Source: Flavipsychrobacter stenotrophus
Lineage (GTDB): Bacteria > Bacteroidota > Bacteroidia > Chitinophagales > Chitinophagaceae
Reading direction: 5' to 3'
Assembly (NCBI GenBank): GCA_947371715.1
Contig: CANBQQ010000001.1
Coordinates: forward strand, 1-32,990
Length of the DNA: 32,990 nucleotides
The stretch's first letter is position 1. Each line of letters starts with the position of its first letter. The position numbers and the translations under genes are program-made. Positions 17,840 through 26,893 of this stretch are shown one piece after another. Under the pieces are notes generated by a model that saw only the letters and a program-made list of their open reading frames with translations, did no database searches and was not told the origin of the DNA.

Positions 17840-18320
17840 CGTCAATGAAGAACAAGTTTACGAATGGCTGGCGGATGTAAAAGATCCGGAAGTGCCTGCT
17901 TTGTCGATCCTTGACCTGGGCATAGTGCGCAATGTAGCAGTAACCGACAATTCAGTAAACGTGACCATCACACCCACCTACAGTGGCTGCCCGGCTATGG
18001 ACGTTATTTCAATAGGCATACGAATGGCACTGGCAGGGCACGGCATTAAGCAGATAACCATAGACCAGCAGCTAAGTCCGGCATGGACCACAGACTGGAT
18101 GACGGAAGATGGAAAAAGAAAACTAAAAGAGTATGGCATAGCGCCACCCAACCGGAAAGCATTCAGTTCACTGGGGTTGTTTGAAGAGGAAGAGATACAA
18201 TGTCCACGTTGCGATTCTACCCACACTGAGATGGTAAGCAGGTATGGACCAACGTCGTGCAAAGCGCTCTACAAGTGCCTGGATTGCAAAGAACCATTTG
18301 AACATTTTAAATGCCATTGA
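17832..18320 (+). CDS. paaD: Phenylacetate-CoA oxygenase subunit PaaD (PaaJ)
   Basis: VKDPEVP.LSILDLGIVR, TPTYSGCPAM, LSPAWTTDW, CPRC.S, T.CKALYKCLDCKEPFEHFKCH. Confidence 0.95.
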   Translation: MNDVNEEQVYEWLADVKDPEVPALSILDLGIVRNVAVTDNSVNVTITPTYSGCPAMDVISIGIRMALAGHGIKQITIDQQLSPAWTTDWMTEDGKRKLKEYGIAPPNRKAFSSLGLFEEEEIQCPRCDSTHTEMVSRYGPTSCKALYKCLDCKEPFEHFKCH

Positions 18321-18343
18321 CCTTTTAATAAAACCCGCTCTGA

Positions 18344-19882
18344 ATGTCTTTTATTAAGAAATATTTTCCCGGTGTTATGCTCTTCCTGATCTTTTTGGTC
18401 ATAGGGTTGATGCACTATAAAGATTATGGGCTGGGTTGGGATGAACCAATACACCGCATTATTGGCAATGTCACCTATGATTATATTTTCAAGGGAGACA
18501 TGAACCTGAAAACTATAGAATTCCGCAACCTGGGTACTGGCTTTGAGCTGCCCCTTATATTTATAGAAAAGTGGTTTCATCTTACCGACTTCAGAGACAT
18601 ATACCTGATGCGGCACCTGGTAACCCATATCTTCTTTCTCTTTGGCGCTTTCTCACTTTATGTACTCGCCTTCCGGCATTTCAATCACCGCTCCATAGCA
18701 TCGTTGGCATTCCTTATGCTGGTATTGAACCCGAGGTTGTATGCACATTCATTCTTCAATTCTAAAGACATTCCCTTTTTAGTTTCCTTCATACTGGCAT
18801 TTACAGTATGGCATGCGGCCGATACCAAACAAAGGAAATACCTCTACCTGTTGGTTGGTGCCGCCTGCGGCTATGCTACTAGCATTAGGGTTATGGGTGT
18901 ATTGCTAGTGCCTTGCTTCTTGTTTTTCGTTGCGTTCGACCTATTCAGAAGCATTAAGAACAAACCTGAATTGAAGGCTGTCTTAGTGAAAGTGCTGCTT
19001 TTCTCTGCCGGCTTCTGTGTAACGCTCTATATCTGCTGGCCTATACTATGGAGCAACCCTATCTTCTATTTCCACGAGCAGTTCTCATCACTGGCGCATG
19101 TGCACTGGGAAGGAGATGTGTATTTCAAAGGTCAGAACATTCCGGGCTCAAAACTACCCCTCTCCTACCTACCCGTATGGATGTCGATGACCATACCCGA
19201 GGTATGGCTGATAGGGGGCATTGCTGGTTGTGCCGCTGTAGCCATAGCTTTCCTTCGCAAGCCAATTTCCTTCCTGACAGATATGGCCAACAGGAATTTC
19301 GCGTTATACCTCACCTGCTTTGCCGGGCCGTTGCTGGTAGTTGTAGCGCTTGGCTCTGTTAACTATGACGACTGGCGCCACCTCTACTTTACTTACCCGC
19401 CACTTATGCTGCTGGGGCTATTTCTGATCAATAAATTATACAACACGAGCGCAAGGATATTTGTCTATATACTTTGCGTGGGCCAGTTGGCACTTACAAC
19501 GATCTTTATAGTCAATAATCACCCGTATCAATATGCCTACTTCAATAATTTTGTGAGCCATAAAGACCAGTACCTGCTGAACAATTACGATCTTGACTAT
19601 TGGGGCGTGACCTACAGCAAGGGGGTGAAGTACATACTGGATCACGACAAATCGGATACGATACGGATAAATGGCACCACCATGTTGTTGGGTAATGCAA
19701 GTATGAAAATGACTCCGGCAGACAGACAGCGTATCAAGATAGTGGATAAGGGCGAGCACCCCGATTACTTCATTACCAACTTCCGGAACAACCACCCGGA
19801 AGACTATCAATATCCAACTATTTTTTATGAGGTCAAAGTGTTGAACTCAACCATAATGAGGGTGTACAAGGTAAACAAATAG
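18344..19882 (+). CDS. ArnT/PMT-like (GT39/GT83, GT-C fold) glycosyltransferase
   Basis: DYGLGWDE after the first TM helix, PRLYAHSFFNSKDIP, YDDWRHLYF, HPYQYAYFN, DYWG. Confidence 0.8.
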   Translation: MSFIKKYFPGVMLFLIFLVIGLMHYKDYGLGWDEPIHRIIGNVTYDYIFKGDMNLKTIEFRNLGTGFELPLIFIEKWFHLTDFRDIYLMRHLVTHIFFLFGAFSLYVLAFRHFNHRSIASLAFLMLVLNPRLYAHSFFNSKDIPFLVSFILAFTVWHAADTKQRKYLYLLVGAACGYATSIRVMGVLLVPCFLFFVAFDLFRSIKNKPELKAVLVKVLLFSAGFCVTLYICWPILWSNPIFYFHEQFSSLAHVHWEGDVYFKGQNIPGSKLPLSYLPVWMSMTIPEVWLIGGIAGCAAVAIAFLRKPISFLTDMANRNFALYLTCFAGPLLVVVALGSVNYDDWRHLYFTYPPLMLLGLFLINKLYNTSARIFVYILCVGQLALTTIFIVNNHPYQYAYFNNFVSHKDQYLLNNYDLDYWGVTYSKGVKYILDHDKSDTIRINGTTMLLGNASMKMTPADRQRIKIVDKGEHPDYFITNFRNNHPEDYQYPTIFYEVKVLNSTIMRVYKVNK

Positions 19883-19897
19883 GCTTTCTATAAACTG

Positions 19898-19925
19898 TAA
19901 AGGCGCACCGATCGGTGCGCCTTTA
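19898..19925. terminator. Bidirectional terminator between convergent genes
   Basis: Perfect 28-bp palindrome TAAAGGCGCACCGATCGGTGCGCCTTTA. Confidence 0.85.
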
Positions 19926-19951
19926 TTAATTATACTTACTTCGATCTTAAA

Positions 19952-20746
19952 TTAAAATCCATCACCATCCAGCAGGTTGCCGAGGCCACCGAGGATGCTG
20001 CCTTCTTCTTTCCTTCTGCCTCCTGAGCCATAGGCCAATATTCTGCCGGCAAGGCGGCTGATGGGCAATGTCTGTATCCATACTCTGCCAGGGCCCTGTA
20101 GCGTTGCATAGAACACACCCTCTCCACCAAACAATGTATTCTTGATACCGCCTACAAACTGTATGTCATAATGTACGCCGGAAGTGAAAGCAACAATACA
20201 ACCGGTATCTATCTTCAACACTTCGCCGGGTTGCAGGTCGCGGCTCATTACATGGCCACCCGCATGCACAAAGGCCAGTCCGTCGCCTTCCAGCTTTTCC
20301 ATAATAAAACCTTCACCGCCAAACAGGCCGGTGCCCAGCTTTTTCTGAAACTCTATACCTATAGATACACCCTTCGCGGCGCATAAGAAAGCATCTTTCT
20401 GGCAGATAACCTTGTTGCCCAATACCTGAAGATCGAGCGCTATGATCTTACCCGGGTATGGCGATGCAAATGATACGCGCTTCTTGCCATAACCTATATT
20501 GGTGTATGCCGTAAGGAATAGGTTCTCCCCTACCAAAAGGCGCTTACCTGCGCTAAACAACTTACTCATCAAACTGCTGTTCTGGGCTGCACCGTCGCCC
20601 AGTATCGTATCCATTTGTATTCCGTCATCCATCATCATAAAGCTGCCCGGCTCTGCAATTGCAGACTCCTGCGGATCGAGCTCTACTTCTACATACTGCA
20701 TCTCTTCACCAAAAATGCGGTAGTCTATTTCATGATTATTACGCAT
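19952..20746 (-). CDS. TIGR00266 / AIM24 family protein
   Basis: MQYVEVELDP.E..IAE.G, CQKDAFLCAAKGV, GLFGGEGFI, GPGRVWIQTLP.SRLA; start at MRNNHEID; TACGTTTG box at 20772-20765. Confidence 0.93.
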   Translation of the reverse strand: MRNNHEIDYRIFGEEMQYVEVELDPQESAIAEPGSFMMMDDGIQMDTILGDGAAQNSSLMSKLFSAGKRLLVGENLFLTAYTNIGYGKKRVSFASPYPGKIIALDLQVLGNKVICQKDAFLCAAKGVSIGIEFQKKLGTGLFGGEGFIMEKLEGDGLAFVHAGGHVMSRDLQPGEVLKIDTGCIVAFTSGVHYDIQFVGGIKNTLFGGEGVFYATLQGPGRVWIQTLPISRLAGRILAYGSGGRRKEEGSILGGLGNLLDGDGF

Positions 20747-20886
20747 GTCCTTGTTTATTTTTATCAAACGTACAGCAAAATATAATTCCCTATATGCCCT
20801 GCTTTTAAAAAATTCGTTAATAAATAAGGGCAATAAAAAGCCGTAACTACCAACCTTTTATAAATAATTGTATTTTTAGCCCTTAA

Positions 20887-21390
20887 ATGAAGATTATGCG
20901 TAACGGTTTACTACTTTCCTGCCTGGCAGCTACTTTAATGACCACATCATGTGGTTTTCAGAAAAAACTACAGCTACAGGATACATATACCAAGATAACA
21001 GTAGTTAATGACTCTCTGGATAAGCTTACCAGCCAGTGGCATACCCTCCGCGACCAGGCATCGATCAGTAAAAACTACACAGCACTGGCACCTGCCCGTA
21101 TAGCACTCGGTTCTTTCATTAGCCGTGGCCGCGCATCGGTAGCCAATATTGTTGTTACTCCGGAGAACGAAGCTGTTATGAATGAGGAAGACCAGCTTTT
21201 ACTTAATCAGTCTACTCTGGTAGCAGAGGTATATCCCAACTTTGAACAGTTCAACGAATACACTCCTAAGGAAACAATGGACAAGAATGTGAGCCTGATA
21301 ACGAATGACCTTGTTAACGTAAAAGAAAAAGTGGCTTCGATTAAAAAAATGCTGGAAAAATTCGCCGCTAAGAATAACATCAAGAAATAG
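20887..21390 (+). CDS. Hypothetical helical lipoprotein
   Basis: Signal with lipobox TTSC; amphipathic helical mature part; own terminator. Confidence 0.7.
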   Translation: MKIMRNGLLLSCLAATLMTTSCGFQKKLQLQDTYTKITVVNDSLDKLTSQWHTLRDQASISKNYTALAPARIALGSFISRGRASVANIVVTPENEAVMNEEDQLLLNQSTLVAEVYPNFEQFNEYTPKETMDKNVSLITNDLVNVKEKVASIKKMLEKFAAKNNIKK

Positions 21391-21419
21391 TAACCGTCAT
21401 AGACAAAATATATTCTTAA

Positions 21420-21452
21420 AAGGGCTGAAAGATCAGCCCTTCTTTTATTTTT
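21420..21452 (+). terminator. Intrinsic terminator
   Basis: AAGGGCTGA-aaga-TCAGCCCTT followed by CTTTTATTTTT. Confidence 0.8.
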
Positions 21453-21574
21453 AAAAAAAAACCAATAACCAGTCTGAAAACTAAAACAGGCACAAATCTT
21501 GCCGCTTATTACCTGTAGCACGGTTTTTATATAATTACCGGCAGGCTATTACTCAATAAACGATTCCTTTATAA

Positions 21575-23452
21575 TTGTTAAGAAATACTACTTTGACCCT
21601 TAGGTGCCGGTACATACTACAATTACTGGGATGCATGCTGCTCATTTCGGGCAATGCACATGGTCAGGTATTGAGCAGACTGGACAGTATAAAGTTGAAT
21701 AAGCTCCATTTTACGCACAATAAGTTTGTTAATAACATCTTTCAGCAAGCCATGAATTCGGTAAGAAAAACACCCGATGCAGGCCCCGACCAGAGCGTAC
21801 TGAATGGCAAAAGTGAAGACCCCTATCTGCCTTACCAGGGTAAGATCATCCGCCATATTTATATAGATCCGCTCAACTTCGACCGGTCTTTTGATGACAC
21901 CTCAAAGTTTGATAATAGCTTTGCCACGCGCGTAGGTAAACGCTTCCACAAGACCACCCGGAAATTTGTGATCCGCGACAACCTTTTTATTAAAGAGAAT
22001 ACTCCGCTTAATGCCTTTAAACTGGCAGATAATGAGCGTTACTTGCGTACGCTGGAGTATATACGTGACGCCCGCATTATTGTGGAACCTGTAAAGAAAT
22101 ACCCGGATTCTGTAGACATACTCATTTACACCAAAGACTTCTTCAGTATAGCGGGAGGAGCCGCACTACAGGGACTGGACCGTATGAATGCCAACCTATA
22201 CGAGACCAACCTGGCAGGTATGGCTCAAAGGGTGGAGATCAGCGGACTGTATGTTGGTAACAGAAGCCCTACGGTGGGCTATGGCGGCAGCTATAAGAAA
22301 GGCAATCTCTTTCATACGTTTATTGATGGAACCATTGCCTATAGTACCATGACCAACAACCCGCTCACGAGAGAGGAAGAGTCATCTGAGTCCATAGCAC
22401 TCAGCAAACAATTGGTATCTCCTTATAGCCGCACCGCAGGTGCGCTTACCCTCAGCCACAATGAATCTTATAACATCTACAATGGATCTGATACGACCTT
22501 CTTTAAGTATAGGTATGACCTCGTAGATGCATGGGCGGGTTACAGTATTGGCATTAAAAAATTAACCGCTACCAATAATACTATACGTGACAGGCGCTTC
22601 TTTGCGTTGAGGTATACCAACCGCACCTTTCATGAATTGCCCACACAGGTGGGGGCCAGGTTCGACCCTATTTACAACACCACACAATCTATACTTGGCC
22701 AGTTCACTTTCTTCAGGCAGGATTACTTTAAGACACAGTATATCTACGGCTTTGGTACCACCGAGGATTTCCCGTATGGATACAACATATCTGTAACGGC
22801 AGGATGGCAAAAACAGCTGGACCTGAAACGCCCTTACGCCGGCTTTAAAATACAATATTATATCGCCAGCGACTACGGCGACTTCATACAACTATACCTG
22901 AAATCCGGCGCTTACCTGCACAACAACAAAGTGCAGGATGGCAGTATGCTGATAGGAGCGACTGCATTCAGCCGTATTATCTTCTGGAATACAACCAAGA
23001 TAAGGCAGTATGTTAACGTCAATTACACTCACTTATATAACAGGGTTACGTACCCGCAATTGCGCATAGACAATGGCTATGGCATTCGCGGTTTTCTATC
23101 AGACAGCGCATATGGCACACGCAGGCTGAGTATACAGCTGGAAACAGAATTTTATCTAAAGCGCAAGATCCTCGGCTTTAAATTTGCTCCATTCCCCTAT
23201 GCAGATTTTACCATCATCACACCTGAGCACGGGCCGTATTCCAAGTCGTCGTTATACACAAGCTTAGGTGGTGGCATCCGTGTCCGCAATGAAAATCTTG
23301 TATTCCAGACCATTGAAGCCCGAGCTTACTTCTTCCCTATTGCTCCCGACAACATGAGAGGGTTCAAGATCATACTTACAGACAATGTTCGCTTCCGCTA
23401 TAACAGCACTTATGTATCGGCACCAGATGTGGTGCAGCTGAATGGGGATTAA
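21575..23452 (+). CDS. Omp85 (BamA/TamA-like) outer membrane protein
   Basis: Signal peptide; POTRA-like YQGKIIR.I.I...H.TT...VIRDNLF..E......LADNERYLR.L.YI.DARI; barrel-loop GIRGF; many amphipathic beta strands. The start codon (TTG) is uncertain. Confidence 0.75.
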   Translation: MLRNTTLTLRCRYILQLLGCMLLISGNAHGQVLSRLDSIKLNKLHFTHNKFVNNIFQQAMNSVRKTPDAGPDQSVLNGKSEDPYLPYQGKIIRHIYIDPLNFDRSFDDTSKFDNSFATRVGKRFHKTTRKFVIRDNLFIKENTPLNAFKLADNERYLRTLEYIRDARIIVEPVKKYPDSVDILIYTKDFFSIAGGAALQGLDRMNANLYETNLAGMAQRVEISGLYVGNRSPTVGYGGSYKKGNLFHTFIDGTIAYSTMTNNPLTREEESSESIALSKQLVSPYSRTAGALTLSHNESYNIYNGSDTTFFKYRYDLVDAWAGYSIGIKKLTATNNTIRDRRFFALRYTNRTFHELPTQVGARFDPIYNTTQSILGQFTFFRQDYFKTQYIYGFGTTEDFPYGYNISVTAGWQKQLDLKRPYAGFKIQYYIASDYGDFIQLYLKSGAYLHNNKVQDGSMLIGATAFSRIIFWNTTKIRQYVNVNYTHLYNRVTYPQLRIDNGYGIRGFLSDSAYGTRRLSIQLETEFYLKRKILGFKFAPFPYADFTIITPEHGPYSKSSLYTSLGGGIRVRNENLVFQTIEARAYFFPIAPDNMRGFKIILTDNVRFRYNSTYVSAPDVVQLNGD

Positions 23453-23553
23453 GCTGATTTCTTTACAGTTAGTTGTATTCCGGAAGTAGTTTGTTGTTCA
23501 TGGTGATATTGTTTGAGTTGAAGGGAGCAATAAAGTTGTGCCACTAATGCCCA

Positions 23554-23585
23554 TTTGGAATATGTTACCCAATTAGGTAACTTTG
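23554..23585 (+). promoter_or_regulatory. Consensus promoter of the higBA-like operon with overlapping palindromic operator
   Basis: TTTG (23554-57), 20 nt, TAACTTTG (23578-85); palindrome GTTACC-caatta-GGTAAC (23564-81); GTG start 4 nt downstream. Confidence 0.75.
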
Positions 23586-23589
23586 TGTT

Positions 23590-23940
23590 GTGGAAAATAA
23601 TTTCATAAGAGAGATATTCTACTACAAAGACTACTATCTCCATTTTTTTGATAGCCTTAAACCAGAAGTGAAGAAAAAGTTCAACTGGACTTTACTCCTT
23701 ATTGCAACACTTGAGAGAGTACCTGACAAATTTTTCAAGCATCTCACTGGTACAGATGGGTTGTATGAAATTAGGGTGGAAGTAGGCAGTGACATTTACA
23801 GGGTCTTTTGTTTTTTCGATAAAGGACAATTAGTAGTTCTGGCAAATGGCTTTCAAAAGAAAACCCAGAAAACACCAAAGAGTGAAATAGAAACGGCTGA
23901 GCGACTTAAAAAAGAATACTTCAATGAAAAAGGTAAATAA
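23590..23940 (+). CDS. Type II toxin, RelE/HigB (Gp49-like) family
   Basis: FKHLTGTDGLYEIRV.VGSDIYRVFCFFD.G.LVVL.NGFQKKTQKTP.SEI; toxin-first gene order. Confidence 0.9.
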   Translation: MENNFIREIFYYKDYYLHFFDSLKPEVKKKFNWTLLLIATLERVPDKFFKHLTGTDGLYEIRVEVGSDIYRVFCFFDKGQLVVLANGFQKKTQKTPKSEIETAERLKKEYFNEKGK

Positions 23941-24226
23941 TTTAACCTCATTCGCAGACCACCTTACATATCAGTATGGAGCGCATGGAACGGAAACAAG
24001 AGAACAGTTTGAAGAAGAATTTGAAGCATTCAAGATCGGTGTAATGATACAGGAAATGCGCAAAGAACAGGGGCTTACGCAACAAGCACTTGCAGATAAG
24101 TGTGGCACTACAAAAAATTACATTTCTCGTATAGAGAATAATGCGAGTGATATTCGCCTATCAACACTTATGCGTATCATAAGGGAAGGGTTGGGACGGC
24201 ATTTGAAATTAAGTCTGATTGAGTAA
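23924..24226 (+). CDS. XRE-family HTH antitoxin (HigA-like)
   Basis: RKEQGLTQQALADKCGTTKNYISRIENNASDIRLSTL; overlaps the toxin stop. Confidence 0.9.
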   Translation: MKKVNNLTSFADHLTYQYGAHGTETREQFEEEFEAFKIGVMIQEMRKEQGLTQQALADKCGTTKNYISRIENNASDIRLSTLMRIIREGLGRHLKLSLIE

Positions 24227-24254
24227 TCAAGCGACACAATAGCACTATGAAAAT

Positions 24255-25358
24255 ATGTTACTATATACCCTTATGATCAAACTTATATCAACTCCTCTTC
24301 GTCTGGTTTTCGTTGTATTATTGGCTGGTACGGTTCTCTTTCTTTTATCAGTGGCTATGCCGCAATACAATGCTCCGGACGTAGAACAGCAACTAAATGA
24401 ACTTACTATAACCAATGCTCCAAAAAATAACGAGCTCTATTATAAAATAAGAACTGAAGCGAGTACGAACAAATACTTATATGCAGATTTGGGGTCCGGA
24501 CTTATTGTAGTTGGGATTTCCCTTTTCGTATTCTTCTCAGCAAAAGGGATCAACAATTTTAGCAAAATTAAAAATGCCACGTCTATGGACAAGGGAAGCA
24601 TTTTTACACTTTCCAATTTTGCTGTTCTCTTACTTATACCCGGCACAATTTGGTATTACGGTCTGCATAGTGTAAGGGGCGAATACCCACCATGGGCCGA
24701 CACTATAGCCATACCGATAATGGCACAATCTACAGGCTTTCTTATCATGTTGATACCGCTTAATATTTATCTCCTTATAGCGGCTTATAAAAGCAAACAG
24801 CATGCATTAATCTTTTCAAGAGCAGAAACCACCATTCTCCGATCTGTAGCGTGGGAGGTATTCTTCGGCATTCCACTTTTGCTGACCATTGCTTCAGCCC
24901 TGATCTCTACTATAGCTGGAGACCACTTTCTAATATTTGTATCCATATTTATGGTGTATGTTGTGCTTAGTTTACGCGCTGGCAAACTGGGCATACCAGC
25001 ATTAAACATTGATGAACTTGCTTCTGACAGTACATATGAAGAAGTGATATTAAAAATAGACTTCCTGCTCGGGGAATTGAAAAATAAAATAAATGAAAAT
25101 ACCGTTTTAAAGTGGACAAAGTATGGATCGGTCGATGACCTGCTTAATACCCTAGAAGACTACAAAGCCCGAACACTTCAACATGATGCATCAGTGTTTT
25201 CTGAAATAGCGCTTGAATTTGCAGAATCAGGCTCGTTCCGCAAAATTGCTATGCTCAACGATTGGGGAAAATCATTCTTTACGCTAGCTGACCGTTTTCA
25301 ATATTTAAACCGAGCTGTACAACAAAAACGCTCCGCAGCAATTTCACCAGACCTCTAA
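24255..25358 (+). CDS. Hypothetical membrane protein (~6 TM) with soluble C-terminal domain
   Basis: 367-aa ORF with six hydrophobic segments, then a ~115-aa helical tail; start uncertain (24255 or 24273). Confidence 0.7.
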   Translation: MLLYTLMIKLISTPLRLVFVVLLAGTVLFLLSVAMPQYNAPDVEQQLNELTITNAPKNNELYYKIRTEASTNKYLYADLGSGLIVVGISLFVFFSAKGINNFSKIKNATSMDKGSIFTLSNFAVLLLIPGTIWYYGLHSVRGEYPPWADTIAIPIMAQSTGFLIMLIPLNIYLLIAAYKSKQHALIFSRAETTILRSVAWEVFFGIPLLLTIASALISTIAGDHFLIFVSIFMVYVVLSLRAGKLGIPALNIDELASDSTYEEVILKIDFLLGELKNKINENTVLKWTKYGSVDDLLNTLEDYKARTLQHDASVFSEIALEFAESGSFRKIAMLNDWGKSFFTLADRFQYLNRAVQQKRSAAISPDL

Positions 25359-25487
25359 CTTCAATTACCGGTTTATTTTTTATAGGGTACCTCCCCAATG
25401 CTCATGTTCACCAAATGGGAATATTCGGCACACAGGTTGCCAGTCCAATACAGATCGGCCAAGAACAAAGAATAGAGCTACGGAAAA

Positions 25488-26078
25488 TTATGCCTCCCGT
25501 AATCTCATACCTGCTTTTATAAGATGATACACCACTGCACCAAATCCCAGCAATAGCAAGAGTGCTTGAATAAGCAGAGTTACCAACAAACTTCCGGGTG
25601 TCTCTTTCCCGGCTGCAACATCCGCCATCTTAAGCGGCCAGTACATGCCTACTCCTATAGTCAAAATAAAATTGACAACAACACTTATACCTACTGCAAT
25701 AAGTGACGAGCCGGCATCTCTTATACTACTGTTGCCGCTCCCTATGTTATAAGAAGGTTGGTGCATCGCCCCCCTTTGCATAATAGGCTGTTGATAAGAC
25801 CCTTGCTGCGGTTGCGTTGGCTGGCTGTCATACACACCTTTCCGGTAGTACTCTTCGTAAGAGGTCACATTGTTGCCTTTAAAAAAGTCAGCCATGCCGG
25901 CCTCTATACCCGGCAGTCGGTACTTTATACAAAACGACTCAATGTCAGCTTGTGGTATATCAATGCCGCGCTGGCGTAGCTCACAAATGGCTACCAGCAC
26001 ATTTTCATAGGCATAGTCGTTAGACTCTGCCACTATGGTTTTCAGTTTATTAACGGTAGCGTTCTTATAGTCGATCAT
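25488..26078 (-). CDS. Hypothetical protein with Q/P-rich linker and two C-terminal TM helices
   Basis: 196-aa ORF; N-terminal helical domain (ELRQRG), QPTQPQQGSYQQP linker, two hydrophobic stretches. Confidence 0.7.
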   Translation of the reverse strand: MIDYKNATVNKLKTIVAESNDYAYENVLVAICELRQRGIDIPQADIESFCIKYRLPGIEAGMADFFKGNNVTSYEEYYRKGVYDSQPTQPQQGSYQQPIMQRGAMHQPSYNIGSGNSSIRDAGSSLIAVGISVVVNFILTIGVGMYWPLKMADVAAGKETPGSLLVTLLIQALLLLLGFGAVVYHLIKAGMRLREA

Positions 26079-26234
26079 AAAGAGTAGGTGATAACAGAAA
26101 ATAGGAGATAAAAATAGTAATCCTCACCAGTAAAAAAAATCAAATTGATAACACGCATACCAAAGGCAACACAACATATTGACAAACAATAAACTACGCC
26201 AAACCGTTATGAAATCATTATTTTTACAGCACAC

Positions 26235-26873
26235 ATGCCTCACTTACCACAAGAAATCATTATAAAACTAATTGCCTCCATTCTCCTTGGTGGCGCTATC
26301 GGGTTGGAGCGGGAACTCCGTAGTAAATCTGCCGGCTTTCGTACCATGATATTGATCTGCCTGGGAGCAACCATGTATACGCTATTCTCACAGTATCTCG
26401 GACACCACACATCTCCCGATCGTATTGCTTCTAATATTGTTGTAGGCATTGGCTTCTTGGGTGCGGGAGTGATCTTTCGCAGCAATAGTTCGGTAACAGG
26501 TATTACTACAGCCGCTACAATATGGCTTACTGCCGCAGTGGGTGTTGCCATAGGCATTGGGTGGTACTCGGTTGCGATAGCTGCCTGCCTTATGATATTG
26601 CTGGTGCTGGTGGTGTTTTCATTTATGGATAAGGCAATTGACCGCATCAACCAATTGAGGGAATACAAAATTGCATACCCTTATGAAGAACATAAACAGC
26701 ATAAATACGAACAACTGTTTAAACATTATCAGCTCTCTATTAAAACCGGCTCGCAAAGCAAAGTGGGTAACATTATAACAGGTACATGGCTGGTTGCCGG
26801 TCATGAAAAGAAGCACCATGCATTCATTGAGCATATACTTAAAGATGCCACAGTTACCGCGTTTAATTTTTAG
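26235..26873 (+). CDS. MgtC/SapB family protein
   Basis: LGGAIGLERE..SKSAGFRT, DRIASNIVVGIGFLGAGVI, GITTAATIW.TAAVG. Confidence 0.95.
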   Translation: MPHLPQEIIIKLIASILLGGAIGLERELRSKSAGFRTMILICLGATMYTLFSQYLGHHTSPDRIASNIVVGIGFLGAGVIFRSNSSVTGITTAATIWLTAAVGVAIGIGWYSVAIAACLMILLVLVVFSFMDKAIDRINQLREYKIAYPYEEHKQHKYEQLFKHYQLSIKTGSQSKVGNIITGTWLVAGHEKKHHAFIEHILKDATVTAFNF

Positions 26874-26893
26874 TATTTATCTTAGCCGCTACC

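Noticed and set aside
12811-26078. Prophage, ICE or integron explanation for the two TA modules
   Set aside because: No integrase, transposase, phage genes, att repeats or attC-like sites are visible, and the DNA between the modules is ordinary chromosomal content.
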